The notes beneath the pieces are model-generated. The model did no database searches and was not told the DNA's origin. It was given only the letters and a program-made list of their open reading frames with translations. A stretch of DNA of 48,069 nt from an uncultured Candidatus Saccharibacteria bacterium (lineage in GTDB: Bacteria > Patescibacteriota > Minisyncoccia > Phycocordibacterales > Phycocordibacteraceae): assembly GCA_964415875.1 (NCBI GenBank), contig CAYQCB010000001.1:1-48069 (forward strand). Direction: 5' to 3'. A program made the position numbers and the translations under genes. Shown here in pieces: positions 10,358 to 17,915 of this stretch; the first letter of the stretch is position 1, and every line of letters begins with the position of its first letter.

Positions 10358-11589
10358 CCACCAACGATTTATTTGACGAAACGTATGCCGCTCTTTCGGC
10401 AAACAAAACACGCTCTGGTCTGACCATTCTCGGCATTGTTATTGGTATTGCCTCCGTCATTGCGCTCACGGCCATTGGGCAAGGGGCGCAAGACGCCATT
10501 CAATCCTCCATTAGTTCTTTAGGATCGAACTTGATCATGGTGACGCCGGGTGCCTCACGGCAGCTCGGCTTCGGCGCTTCAGGCGGTCGTGGCACCGCCA
10601 AGTCGCTCACACGTGATGATGCTACTGCGCTCTCTGGCGTGGCAAACGTCACTGCCGTTTCGGGAGAGTACGCAGGTCGCTACCAAGTAGCTGTGGCAGG
10701 AGCCAACACTAACGTGTCGGTCACGGGCGTTGACGCAACGTATGCAGGCATTCGCAACATTACCGTCGATCAAGGAGCTTTTTTGAGTGCTGCCCAGTCG
10801 CAACAACTTGCTAAAGTTGCTGTGATTGGTCCCACGGTTGCTACCGACCTTTTTGGCGCTGACGCCACTTCCACAAACCTCGTGGGACAGCGCGTGCGCA
10901 TCAACAATCTGCAGTTCACGGTCGTTGGCGTCACCATGCCCAAGGGCGGCAGCGGCTTCGGCAGCCAAGACGACGCGATTTACATTCCGCTCGGCACCGC
11001 ACTACAATACTTCGCCGGCAATGGAAATCACTACCTCTCCACTATCGACATAGAGGCAGCAGACCAAGGGGCGATGACACAGGTGCAAAACGATGCCACA
11101 GCACTCCTACTCTCTCGACACAACATTAGTGACCCCACCAAGGCCGACTTCAGCACGCTCAACCAGGCAGACATAGTCTCAGCCGCCTCAAGCGTGACGA
11201 GCACCTTCACCACACTTCTTGCGGCTGTGGCGGGCATCTCGCTCGTTGTCGGCGGTATTGGCATCATGAACATGATGCTTACCAACGTCACGGAACGCAT
11301 GAGAGAAATTGGTCTGAGGAAAGCAATCGGGGCGACGAAGCGCGACATTAACACTCAATTTCTTGCTGAAGCCATTGCACTTACCCTAGTCGGCGGCGTG
11401 ATTGGCACCGCTCTCGGGTGGGCCGCCGCCTTTGCTGTCACTGCGACAGGACTGGTGGCCGCGCAGGTGACCTGGTCTTCAGTATTGCTCGCCTTTGGTG
11501 TCTCTGCGGCCATAGGTATTGTCTTCGGCTGGTACCCGGCGCGGCGCGCTGCCGCACTCAATCCAATCGACGCACTTCGCTACGAATAG
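10354..11589 (+). CDS. ABC transporter permease (MacB periplasmic core plus FtsX domain)
   Basis: 411 aa. ATGA overlap with the ATPase gene. N-terminal TM helix, large extracytoplasmic domain and C-terminal 3-TM FtsX-like block ([11 protein letters not shown]). Confidence 0.85.
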   Translation: MTTNDLFDETYAALSANKTRSGLTILGIVIGIASVIALTAIGQGAQDAIQSSISSLGSNLIMVTPGASRQLGFGASGGRGTAKSLTRDDATALSGVANVTAVSGEYAGRYQVAVAGANTNVSVTGVDATYAGIRNITVDQGAFLSAAQSQQLAKVAVIGPTVATDLFGADATSTNLVGQRVRINNLQFTVVGVTMPKGGSGFGSQDDAIYIPLGTALQYFAGNGNHYLSTIDIEAADQGAMTQVQNDATALLLSRHNISDPTKADFSTLNQADIVSAASSVTSTFTTLLAAVAGISLVVGGIGIMNMMLTNVTERMREIGLRKAIGATKRDINTQFLAEAIALTLVGGVIGTALGWAAAFAVTATGLVAAQVTWSSVLLAFGVSAAIGIVFGWYPARRAAALNPIDALRYE

Positions 11590-11625
11590 TGTTGTGCAAA
11601 CCTTATTTACTTCACAAGCTCTACC

Positions 11626-12072
11626 ATGGAATCGAACACAAAAAAGAATTACGTTATTATTACCGTTATTTCTCTCGTCGTGGGTGTGGGCCTAGGTTAC
11701 GGAGGTGCTCACCTTTTGAACAAGCCCGCCGCACCCGGGGCGGGTGCGGCGTTTGCCCGCAGCGGCAACACGGCGGGCTTCATGGCACGCATGGGCGCAG
11801 GCACTGGCGCCGCCGGCAGCGGTTTCCTCTCGGGGACGGTCGCGAAGATGGACAGTTCAAGCATCACTCTCAACACGCGAGACGGCAGCTCGCACGTTGT
11901 CTTGCTCACGCCTTCCACCACCGTTTCTAAGAGTGTTACTGGCTCGCTCGCTGATGTTGCTGTAGGCAGCAACGTTCTCATAACGGGCACTACAAACTCG
12001 GACGGCAGTCTCTCCGGGTCTGTCATTCAACTCCAAAACGGCATGCGTGCCGGAGCTTCGCTGCCTAACTAG
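11626..12072 (+). CDS. small membrane-anchored / secreted protein
   Basis: 148 aa. N-terminal TM helix and Gly/Ala-rich linker, then a beta-rich region (SGTVAKMDSSSITLNTRDGSSHVVLL...SGSVIQLQ). Lies 36 nt after the permease gene. Confidence 0.5.
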   Translation: MESNTKKNYVIITVISLVVGVGLGYGGAHLLNKPAAPGAGAAFARSGNTAGFMARMGAGTGAAGSGFLSGTVAKMDSSSITLNTRDGSSHVVLLTPSTTVSKSVTGSLADVAVGSNVLITGTTNSDGSLSGSVIQLQNGMRAGASLPN

Positions 12073-12125
12073 ACAAGAAAAAAGCTCTAGGTTATAAAGA
12101 CTTCAGATATTATAAGGAGCACTTG

Positions 12126-12362
12126 ATGAGCAATTGCCAATTGTGCGGCACAAAAGTCGCCCAAGGTAACCGACATCGCCGCGGCGGATGCGCCACACGG
12201 GCACCGCTTGTGTGCCATAAGCCCTACATCCCCAACACGGATCCTACGGAAATTCTCGATCCCCGGGGGCAACCCGTTCCCGAGCTTGGCCTTCACAGTA
12301 AGAAAAGGAAGCAGCAAAAGCAGAAACCGCAACGCGGGCATCACTCCGCACCAAGACACTGA
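12126..12362 (+). CDS. small basic Cys-containing protein (hypothetical)
   Basis: AAGGAG sits 6 nt upstream of the ATG. 78 aa with a CxxC and a KKRKQQKQK tract. A strong intrinsic terminator follows directly. Confidence 0.4.
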   Translation: MSNCQLCGTKVAQGNRHRRGGCATRAPLVCHKPYIPNTDPTEILDPRGQPVPELGLHSKKRKQQKQKPQRGHHSAPRH

Positions 12363-12370
12363 GCGCAGCC

Positions 12371-12409
12371 ACGCCGTTCGGACACCAGTCCGAACGGCGT
12401 ACGTTTTTA
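12371..12409 (+). terminator. intrinsic terminator
   Basis: ACGCCGTTCGGAC-acca-GTCCGAACGGCGT (13-bp stem) followed by ACGTTTTTA. Confidence 0.75.
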
Positions 12410-12416
12410 TACAAAT

Positions 12417-12451
12417 GCCAAAAGGGCCGACGCGCTGCGTGCGTCGGCCCT
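12417..12451 (-). terminator. intrinsic terminator of a minus-strand transcript
   Basis: Minus strand reads AGGGCCGACGC-acgcagc-GCGTCGGCCCT followed by TTTTGG. Confidence 0.7.
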
Positions 12452-12726
12452 TACGAATGTCCAGACATGTTTGCTGATGGGTGACCCAACCCGGATCGCT
12501 GGCGGCGGTGTTTCTCCCCCGGCAGATAAGCTCTCCCAAATTAAGCGTGAGTTACGCACCGACGGCGCGTTCAGAAAGCGTGAGCTTTTTTCAGCAAACC
12601 GGAATGTCCGAGCAGTGCTTGTGCACTGTCTAAAGCTTCGGTGAGTGGGTGGGCCCACTGCTTTTTGACCTTAGCTGTTAGCACGGGCTCCCCAGCCCAG
12701 GACGACCGCGAACGGTCTTCACTCCT
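12452..12726 (-). ncRNA. candidate structured non-coding RNA of unknown family
   Basis: Bounded by a TTGACG-16-TATTGT promoter and the terminator at 12417-12451. No credible ORF. Local hairpins include GACCG-UUCG-CGGUC, CAGUGC-acaa-GCACUG and AGUGGG-ccca-CCCACU. Confidence 0.3.
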
Positions 12727-12731
12727 CTTTC

Positions 12732-12759
12732 ACAATAGATTCGTTTTTTGCTGCGTCAA
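12732..12759 (-). promoter_or_regulatory. putative sigma70-type promoter
   Basis: On the minus strand: TTGACG (12759-12754), a 16-nt spacer, then TATTGT (12737-12732). Confidence 0.4.
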
Positions 12760-12811
12760 CCACATGCGTGGGGACATTGCAGCTCTTTTTATTTTTGCTA
12801 TGCTTTACGTA

Positions 12812-12904
12812 ATGAAACGCGCATTCGCCATCATCATCGTCGTCCTGCTTGCGCTCAGCATGATAGGACTCGTCTTCCCTGCTCTCATGGCAGGAAATAT
12901 CTAA
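12812..12904 (+). CDS. possible 30-aa hydrophobic peptide
   Basis: MKRAFAIIIVVLLALSMIGLVFPALMAGNI forms a single TM helix. No clear SD. Followed by the terminator at 12922-12953. Confidence 0.2.
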   Translation: MKRAFAIIIVVLLALSMIGLVFPALMAGNI

Positions 12905-12921
12905 CTCCCGTCTTCCGCACC

Positions 12922-12953
12922 AAAAAACTCACCCCTTTGGGGGTGAGTTTTTT
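12922..12953. terminator. bidirectional intrinsic terminator
   Basis: AAAAAACTCACCCC-tttg-GGGGTGAGTTTTTT, with A/T runs on both sides. Sits 8 nt past the stop of the minus-strand operon. Confidence 0.8.
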
Positions 12954-12960
12954 GCGTTAC

Positions 12961-14334
12961 TCAAAAACGTCGCCTTAGATAAAAGCCGAGCGCCGCAAAT
13001 ACCACTGCAAGAACGATAAATGGTAGGACGTCACACATGCGCCCAAATACGAGACTTGCCCCCACGCCCACCACACTTGCCGCTACATAAAAAATGCTAC
13101 GACGAACTTCCCGCGCTCGAGGTGCCTCATACGCAACTCCTCGTCGCAAGTACTCGTAGAGGAGTTCTGCAAGCGCGGCTAGTACACAAAAGAGTATGAA
13201 GAACCAAACACAGGGGTTTTTGAGCCACGTAAAAGGTCCGGCGAGAGCCGCAGCTGCCGCGAGTTGATTGCCAGTAACGTGCGGTGCGTCCACCGTTGTC
13301 TGAGACGTGCTCGATGTACCCGTTTCTCCGCCCGAAGGAGACGTTGAGAATCCTGCAGTGCCCGTTCCTGAGGAGTGCGTCCCTGCTACTTGTAGACTAC
13401 CTGCGCCGGGCGCGGGAGCTCCTAGAGACTGCTCAGTGGCCGCAGTGAGCTCCCCCGGCAGAGCGAGTTGGTACTCACTACCAACTGTAGGCACTCCAGA
13501 GGGAGAGAGCTTTGACACCACGCGGAAGTCGTAGACTGTTCCGGGCACAAGCCCAGAAATGACCACGCGGTGCGCTGTAGTTAGCGATGCATCCTCGGTT
13601 GATTGATTAGGATACCCAAACAAAGGCCCCGCAGTGCTGAGTGTATATGGTCCACCAGAGCGCGCTCCGTACACTACGTAGGACGTGGCTGGTAAGTTAG
13701 TGCTCCAGGTAACCACTCCTGTCGTATCGGAGCGCGACGCGCCCGACTCGTTAAATACGGTAAGTGTTGGAGAAATAGAGCCGCCCGTAGAAAATGACGC
13801 CAACGTTGTATTGCCTGGAACCGTCGGTACCGTTACCGTGTTATCACATTGAACATCGCCGTCTCCAATTCCCACGCACAAATCAAAACCAACTGATTTG
13901 CCTTGATACGTGTTACTGGCGCCCGGATCAAAGGTCACGCTTGCATCGTACGCAGCCGTTGCACCGGGCACTACGCTGGTGAGCGGCACCCGCGAAGCGC
14001 TGAAGAAGTGTGCGAGCGTATCACTGTATAGAACAGTCGAGCCGCTTTGAATCGTCAGTATCAACATTGAAGCAAGTACGCTACTGTTTGTGTTTTCTGC
14101 TTGCACATATACCTGCTCGGAGTCGGTGGGAGAGTAATTATTCGTAACGGAAATGAGGCTCGTGGCTGTTGCACCAGGCGCAAATTGTAGTTGAGAAAAA
14201 AGTGGATTTGGGGCGAAGTTCACATCAAAACCCACACCCGCAGCGTGCGAGAGCGTCGGGCCGCACAGCAGTGTGAGTGCGAGGACGCTCGTGGTGGCAG
14301 CTACCAATGTAAATACGTTTCGTTTCATATTCAT
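12961..14334 (-). CDS. TasA/camelysin-fold paralogue with an FN3-like domain and a C-terminal 3-TM anchor
   Basis: Sec signal ending SHA/AG. APGATATSLISVTNN and NTYQGKSVGFDLCVG resemble the TasA core motifs. FN3-like VTWSTNLPATSYVVYG...GTVYDFRVVS. Ser/Thr/Gly linker followed by three hydrophobic helices. ATGA overlap with the upstream gene. Confidence 0.65.
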   Translation of the reverse strand: MNMKRNVFTLVAATTSVLALTLLCGPTLSHAAGVGFDVNFAPNPLFSQLQFAPGATATSLISVTNNYSPTDSEQVYVQAENTNSSVLASMLILTIQSGSTVLYSDTLAHFFSASRVPLTSVVPGATAAYDASVTFDPGASNTYQGKSVGFDLCVGIGDGDVQCDNTVTVPTVPGNTTLASFSTGGSISPTLTVFNESGASRSDTTGVVTWSTNLPATSYVVYGARSGGPYTLSTAGPLFGYPNQSTEDASLTTAHRVVISGLVPGTVYDFRVVSKLSPSGVPTVGSEYQLALPGELTAATEQSLGAPAPGAGSLQVAGTHSSGTGTAGFSTSPSGGETGTSSTSQTTVDAPHVTGNQLAAAAALAGPFTWLKNPCVWFFILFCVLAALAELLYEYLRRGVAYEAPRAREVRRSIFYVAASVVGVGASLVFGRMCDVLPFIVLAVVFAALGFYLRRRF

Positions 14335-15737
14335 GGAGTAGTACTGGCCGCCGCGGCCGCAGAAACAGGCGTCGAGTTCTCCGTCGGCGGCAGCACTACA
14401 GCGTCAGCAATTACTGGCATTGGGGGTGGAGCGTCGGCTGGTGGCGCACTCGAGCTTTCCTGCGTCCCTGGTGTTGAGCTTTGAGACTGACTGAGCGTTT
14501 GTGGTGCTACGGACTCTGTACTCGAAGCGTCGGCAGGCGCTTCAGGCACGCTTGGTGTACTCGAGGGCGCACCCTCTACTGTTTTCGTCTCTACGACTAC
14601 AGGCGTGGTACTGGCCGCGTCCGGCGCGCCACCCGCATCTTCGGACGATGTTGCTGCCACTGTCGTGCTAGCAAGCGGCTCCACAACAGTATCGTTTTGA
14701 GGAATTTCAGTTGACGCAGCTTCCGGTGGTAGCGGGGCATCGACGTTTGGCCGACCAGGAGTTGGCACGGGGTCAACCCACGAACCCGTTCCGTCTGGAA
14801 TTCGCTGATAAGAATCCCCTTCCGTTGACGACGTATAGGTAAACTCGTCGCGAAGGACTCCCGCACTGTCATACAGTCGGATCGTGTCCCCGTCGTTGTT
14901 CAGGTACGTTTTGCTCCCGCCAAAAACAAACGCTACAGGTGTGTTGGGCGCGAGCAACGTCGTACCACCATAGGGCTCTAATTCGCCCGTCGCCGCTACG
15001 GAACTCACGATGACGTGCGATTTCTCGGTAGTGCCAGAGACTTCAGACACCGTCCACCCCGCGACGTCGACTGGTACACCAGAGGTATTAAATAATTCAA
15101 TAAACTCTTGATTAGCGGGCGCGGGAGCCGAGGAGTCTGGGCGTGGCAGAACTTCGTTGAGTACAACCGTGCGCCCCAAGTGCCCGCTCGCCTGCACCGT
15201 GAGTGGGATGCTGATTTCTTTTGCGAAGCCACCCTCGCTCGACGCAGCAAAGCCTGGCTGCCACGCCTCCATCTGCAGCTCTATGTCACAGGTGTCTCCC
15301 GGTAGCGCAATAGCGGAGCCAGCGGAGATGGCGAAACTCCATGACCCCGTAGTGCTTGTGGTCGCCACCAGGCTCTGCATACTTCCGCTGTATACCGAAC
15401 TACCCATCACGACAGACACCGAGAGACCGTTATAGAACGCCGGCGAACACACGCCTTTCTGTGCAGTAAGGCGGTACTGCGGTGCAATCGTACCTGTAGA
15501 CGAGATGGTAAACGCAGCGGTTCCGTTAGTACTCGATGAGACGCTGGTCGTCAATGCTGAAAAACCCTTGCGCGCAATGTTAAGCGACCCGGCCGTGAGC
15601 GTCCCACCACTTGCGTCTGCTGCACCACTAAAGTATGCGTGCGCAGAAAGGGGTATGCCTGCACTTACCAACAACAATGGTGCCACAACGGCGCCAAGCA
15701 TCCATGAGAAGCGACTATGCGTTTGCGCGGTATTCAT
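14331..15737 (-). CDS. TasA/camelysin-fold protein fused to a lamin-tail domain and a Pro/Ser/Thr/Ala-rich tail
   Basis: SipW-class N-terminus AYFSGAADASGGTLTAGSLNI. LTD-like block VVLNEVLPRPD...EFIELFNTSGVPVDVAGWTV...NNDGDTIRLYD. Low-complexity C-terminus. Confidence 0.7.
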   Translation of the reverse strand: MNTAQTHSRFSWMLGAVVAPLLLVSAGIPLSAHAYFSGAADASGGTLTAGSLNIARKGFSALTTSVSSSTNGTAAFTISSTGTIAPQYRLTAQKGVCSPAFYNGLSVSVVMGSSVYSGSMQSLVATTSTTGSWSFAISAGSAIALPGDTCDIELQMEAWQPGFAASSEGGFAKEISIPLTVQASGHLGRTVVLNEVLPRPDSSAPAPANQEFIELFNTSGVPVDVAGWTVSEVSGTTEKSHVIVSSVAATGELEPYGGTTLLAPNTPVAFVFGGSKTYLNNDGDTIRLYDSAGVLRDEFTYTSSTEGDSYQRIPDGTGSWVDPVPTPGRPNVDAPLPPEAASTEIPQNDTVVEPLASTTVAATSSEDAGGAPDAASTTPVVVETKTVEGAPSSTPSVPEAPADASSTESVAPQTLSQSQSSTPGTQESSSAPPADAPPPMPVIADAVVLPPTENSTPVSAAAAASTTP

Positions 15738-16249
15738 GGCAGCGGTGTTGACGCACTCGCGAGCACCTTACTCCTACGACGACGCAGTACGTCTTCTCCT
15801 ATTACCCACGCAAGCGGTACTCCCACCAAAAGCGCGAAACCCGCGGGACGCCGCGCAAAATCGAGTACGTACCCAAGGTACGGCACCGAAAGCCACACTG
15901 CGCCCAGCACTTCGCTTTGCGCTACCGGTAACAGGTCGGGTGCGTCGTTGGCATCGCCGCGCGTCGTGTAGTAGATCTCCCCTGCTTGAATAGAGTCAGC
16001 GACAATGCGGTGCGTGGTCGGGATTTTCTCGCCACTGCGCTCAAACGTAATGACCTCACCTACAGAGTAGTGCGTACGTGCCTTCACAAACACCGCCGTG
16101 CCGACCGGCATGGTGGGTGTCATTGAACCCGTGGTAACGAGACGAATTTGATAGCCCGCAAACGGCACCACACTACCCGCAAGCAGAAGCGCCAGCGCCG
16201 CAAATGCGACGATTAGTAGTGTGGAAATTATGGCCGTAATTTTTTTCAT
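15734..16249 (-). CDS. sipW: signal peptidase I, archaeal/ER (SipW) type
   Basis: 171 aa. TM helix, then catalytic-Ser box TTGSMTPTMPVG, His box TTHRIV, GDAN box and a C-terminal TM helix. Confidence 0.8.
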   Translation of the reverse strand: MKKITAIISTLLIVAFAALALLLAGSVVPFAGYQIRLVTTGSMTPTMPVGTAVFVKARTHYSVGEVITFERSGEKIPTTHRIVADSIQAGEIYYTTRGDANDAPDLLPVAQSEVLGAVWLSVPYLGYVLDFARRPAGFALLVGVPLAWVIGEDVLRRRRSKVLASASTPLP

Positions 16250-16279
16250 TGCTCTAATTCATAGCCTTAGCGGCTTAGT

Positions 16280-16309
16280 ACTGAATCCAAGCCACTGCTT
16301 GGATTCAGT
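16280..16309 (-). promoter_or_regulatory. intra-operon stem-loop after the first TasA-like gene
   Basis: ACTGAATCCAAGC-4 nt-GCTTGGATTCAGT, a perfect 13-bp stem with no T-run, in the 82-nt gap before sipW. Confidence 0.5.
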
Positions 16310-16331
16310 GTAAACCGTCAAACCGAGACGT

Positions 16332-17915
16332 TTACTGCTGACCGAGTGTAAAGGTCAGCGTTGTCGTGAGACCTGCACCCTGGAACGAGTTGCCCGTGGT
16401 TGGGCCATCAAGCTGCACACCCAGCGTGAGCTTCTTTTCTGCACCTGCTGCGAAACTTATCGGAGCGTTCACTAGCGGTGTAAGCCGCAAGTCCTGCATG
16501 TCTGCATAGCCGTTGTGGTTTTGGTCAATACCGTTAACCAAGCCTGCAACAGGCCCGCCGAGGAAGCCTACCGTGTTGACGTTGGCTGAAACCTGATCTG
16601 CTGGGTTCATGTCACCCCACCAGTTGTTCTGGCCGTTGACGTCGATACCGGTGTTGTTATTGATCCCAATTGCAACATTAGGCGTGAGATTGTTTTGATT
16701 AATGGTTATGTTTGCTGCGCTTGTATTTGGTTGTTCAACCTGAACACCCACCGCGTCCCCCGATCCTGAAGTTAGGTCGTGCACATCGTTAAGCGTTACA
16801 GAAGCGTTGGGCGTGTTGCCCTCAAGTGCAATGGCGTGTGCCCACCCACCAGAGAGATTGTTCACGGAGTTGTGTGTGACAATGAGGCCACTCACTCCTG
16901 GTCGGCCCGTAGCACCAGCTCCTGCGTTGACCATAATGCCGTACGCACCCTTAAGCGACTTCACGTTAGTAACAATGTTGTTACTAACGTTCACGGTCGT
17001 GATAGCCCCAGTAGCTGCGGAGTCTCCTGCGTAGATACCTTGGTTCGAGCCGTTATTGGCTGCATTTCCGATATTCTCAATGACGTTACCTGAAAAGGTA
17101 AAGTTAAACATTGCGGTTGAGTCGCCCTCAAGGTAGATCCCCTGGTGATTAAGATTATCAGTAAGCGAGGTGGCAATGTCATGGATGTGATTATCCTTTA
17201 TTGAGACATCGTGTACACCGCTATGAATTACAATACCTTCAGCGGCCGACGCTCCAGAGATACCGAATCCACGGAGAGTCACGTTACTAGCAGTGATGTC
17301 AAACGGAACGCTTGTCGTAACTGCTGGGCCCTGTGTCGAGACAATCGTCATTGGTTGCGTGACGGGAATTGTAGGCATACTCTCCCAGGTTGCGTTGTAA
17401 TCGCCAGGGGCCACACAAACTACCTTGCCGCTATTGTTTGTATCCTGCGTTGCGGTACTAAGCTTCGTACCTGAGACAGTTATGTCACAGTGCGTTGGTG
17501 CCACATAGTCGGCAATCGTCGCGCCTGCGCCACCCTGAAGAAGGTTCGAGCCATCGAGCGTGAGTGAGGTGATGCGCACCTGTTTCTCGTAGCCGCTTAC
17601 AGACTCAGTGCTGGCGGCACTGATTCCCAAGTGCATGCCATCAATACTTCCTGTGTTCTTGAGCCACACACTCGCTACGCTAGGCGCACCACCTGGTGCC
17701 ATCGCGGAGAAATTCCACGGTGCCGACTGTGACGTCTCCCAGCCATTGACAGCGGTACCATTCGAATCTTTAGCAATGGCGAGGTTGAGTGTGCCCGCCG
17801 TAAACACGTTTGCTTGTGCGCTTGCTGTCGACGTGAAGAATGCGCCAGTCGTTGCCGCATAGGTTGCACCTACGAACGCCAGTGCTCCAAAACCCAGTAA
17901 TAGATACTGTTTCAT
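16332..17915 (-). CDS. TasA/camelysin-fold protein with a large nested parallel beta-helix domain
   Basis: Start at MKQYLLLGFG. SipW-class motif TGAFFTSTASAQANVFTAGTLNLA. MAPGGAPSVASVWLKNTGS. PbH1 repeats (VSIKDNHIHD, FSGNVIENIG, VSNNIVTNV, VTHNSVNNL) ending NNWWG. C-terminal NSFQGAGLTTTLTFTLGQQ resembles the TasA C-terminal strands. Confidence 0.75.
   Translation of the reverse strand: MKQYLLLGFGALAFVGATYAATTGAFFTSTASAQANVFTAGTLNLAIAKDSNGTAVNGWETSQSAPWNFSAMAPGGAPSVASVWLKNTGSIDGMHLGISAASTESVSGYEKQVRITSLTLDGSNLLQGGAGATIADYVAPTHCDITVSGTKLSTATQDTNNSGKVVCVAPGDYNATWESMPTIPVTQPMTIVSTQGPAVTTSVPFDITASNVTLRGFGISGASAAEGIVIHSGVHDVSIKDNHIHDIATSLTDNLNHQGIYLEGDSTAMFNFTFSGNVIENIGNAANNGSNQGIYAGDSAATGAITTVNVSNNIVTNVKSLKGAYGIMVNAGAGATGRPGVSGLIVTHNSVNNLSGGWAHAIALEGNTPNASVTLNDVHDLTSGSGDAVGVQVEQPNTSAANITINQNNLTPNVAIGINNNTGIDVNGQNNWWGDMNPADQVSANVNTVGFLGGPVAGLVNGIDQNHNGYADMQDLRLTPLVNAPISFAAGAEKKLTLGVQLDGPTTGNSFQGAGLTTTLTFTLGQQ

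Noticed and set aside
12305-12315. AAGGAAGCAGC, identical to part of the conserved SRP RNA domain IV sequence.
   Set aside because: The flanks cannot form the UCC-GGAA-GGA apical stem or the rest of helix 8. The match lies inside the Lys-rich coding stretch of the small ORF and is probably coincidental.
12590-12615. CCGGAATGTCCGAGC on the plus strand resembles the RNase P P4 box GAGGAAAGUCCGGGC. GGACATTCCGGTTTG on the minus strand vaguely resembles ACAGAACCCGGCUUA.
   Set aside because: These are the same nucleotides read on opposite strands. The universally conserved A residues are missing, and no GGUAAGGGUGAAA, GGAGCAA or CCAAAUAGG boxes are present. I do not call this RNase P RNA.
12087-12658. 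Minus-strand ORFs of 150 aa (12087-12539) and 83 aa (12407-12658).
   Set aside because: Both read straight through intrinsic terminator hairpins (12371-12400 and/or 12423-12451). Their composition is Arg/Cys/Gly-rich junk. The region is better explained by a plus-strand small CDS plus a non-coding minus-strand transcript.
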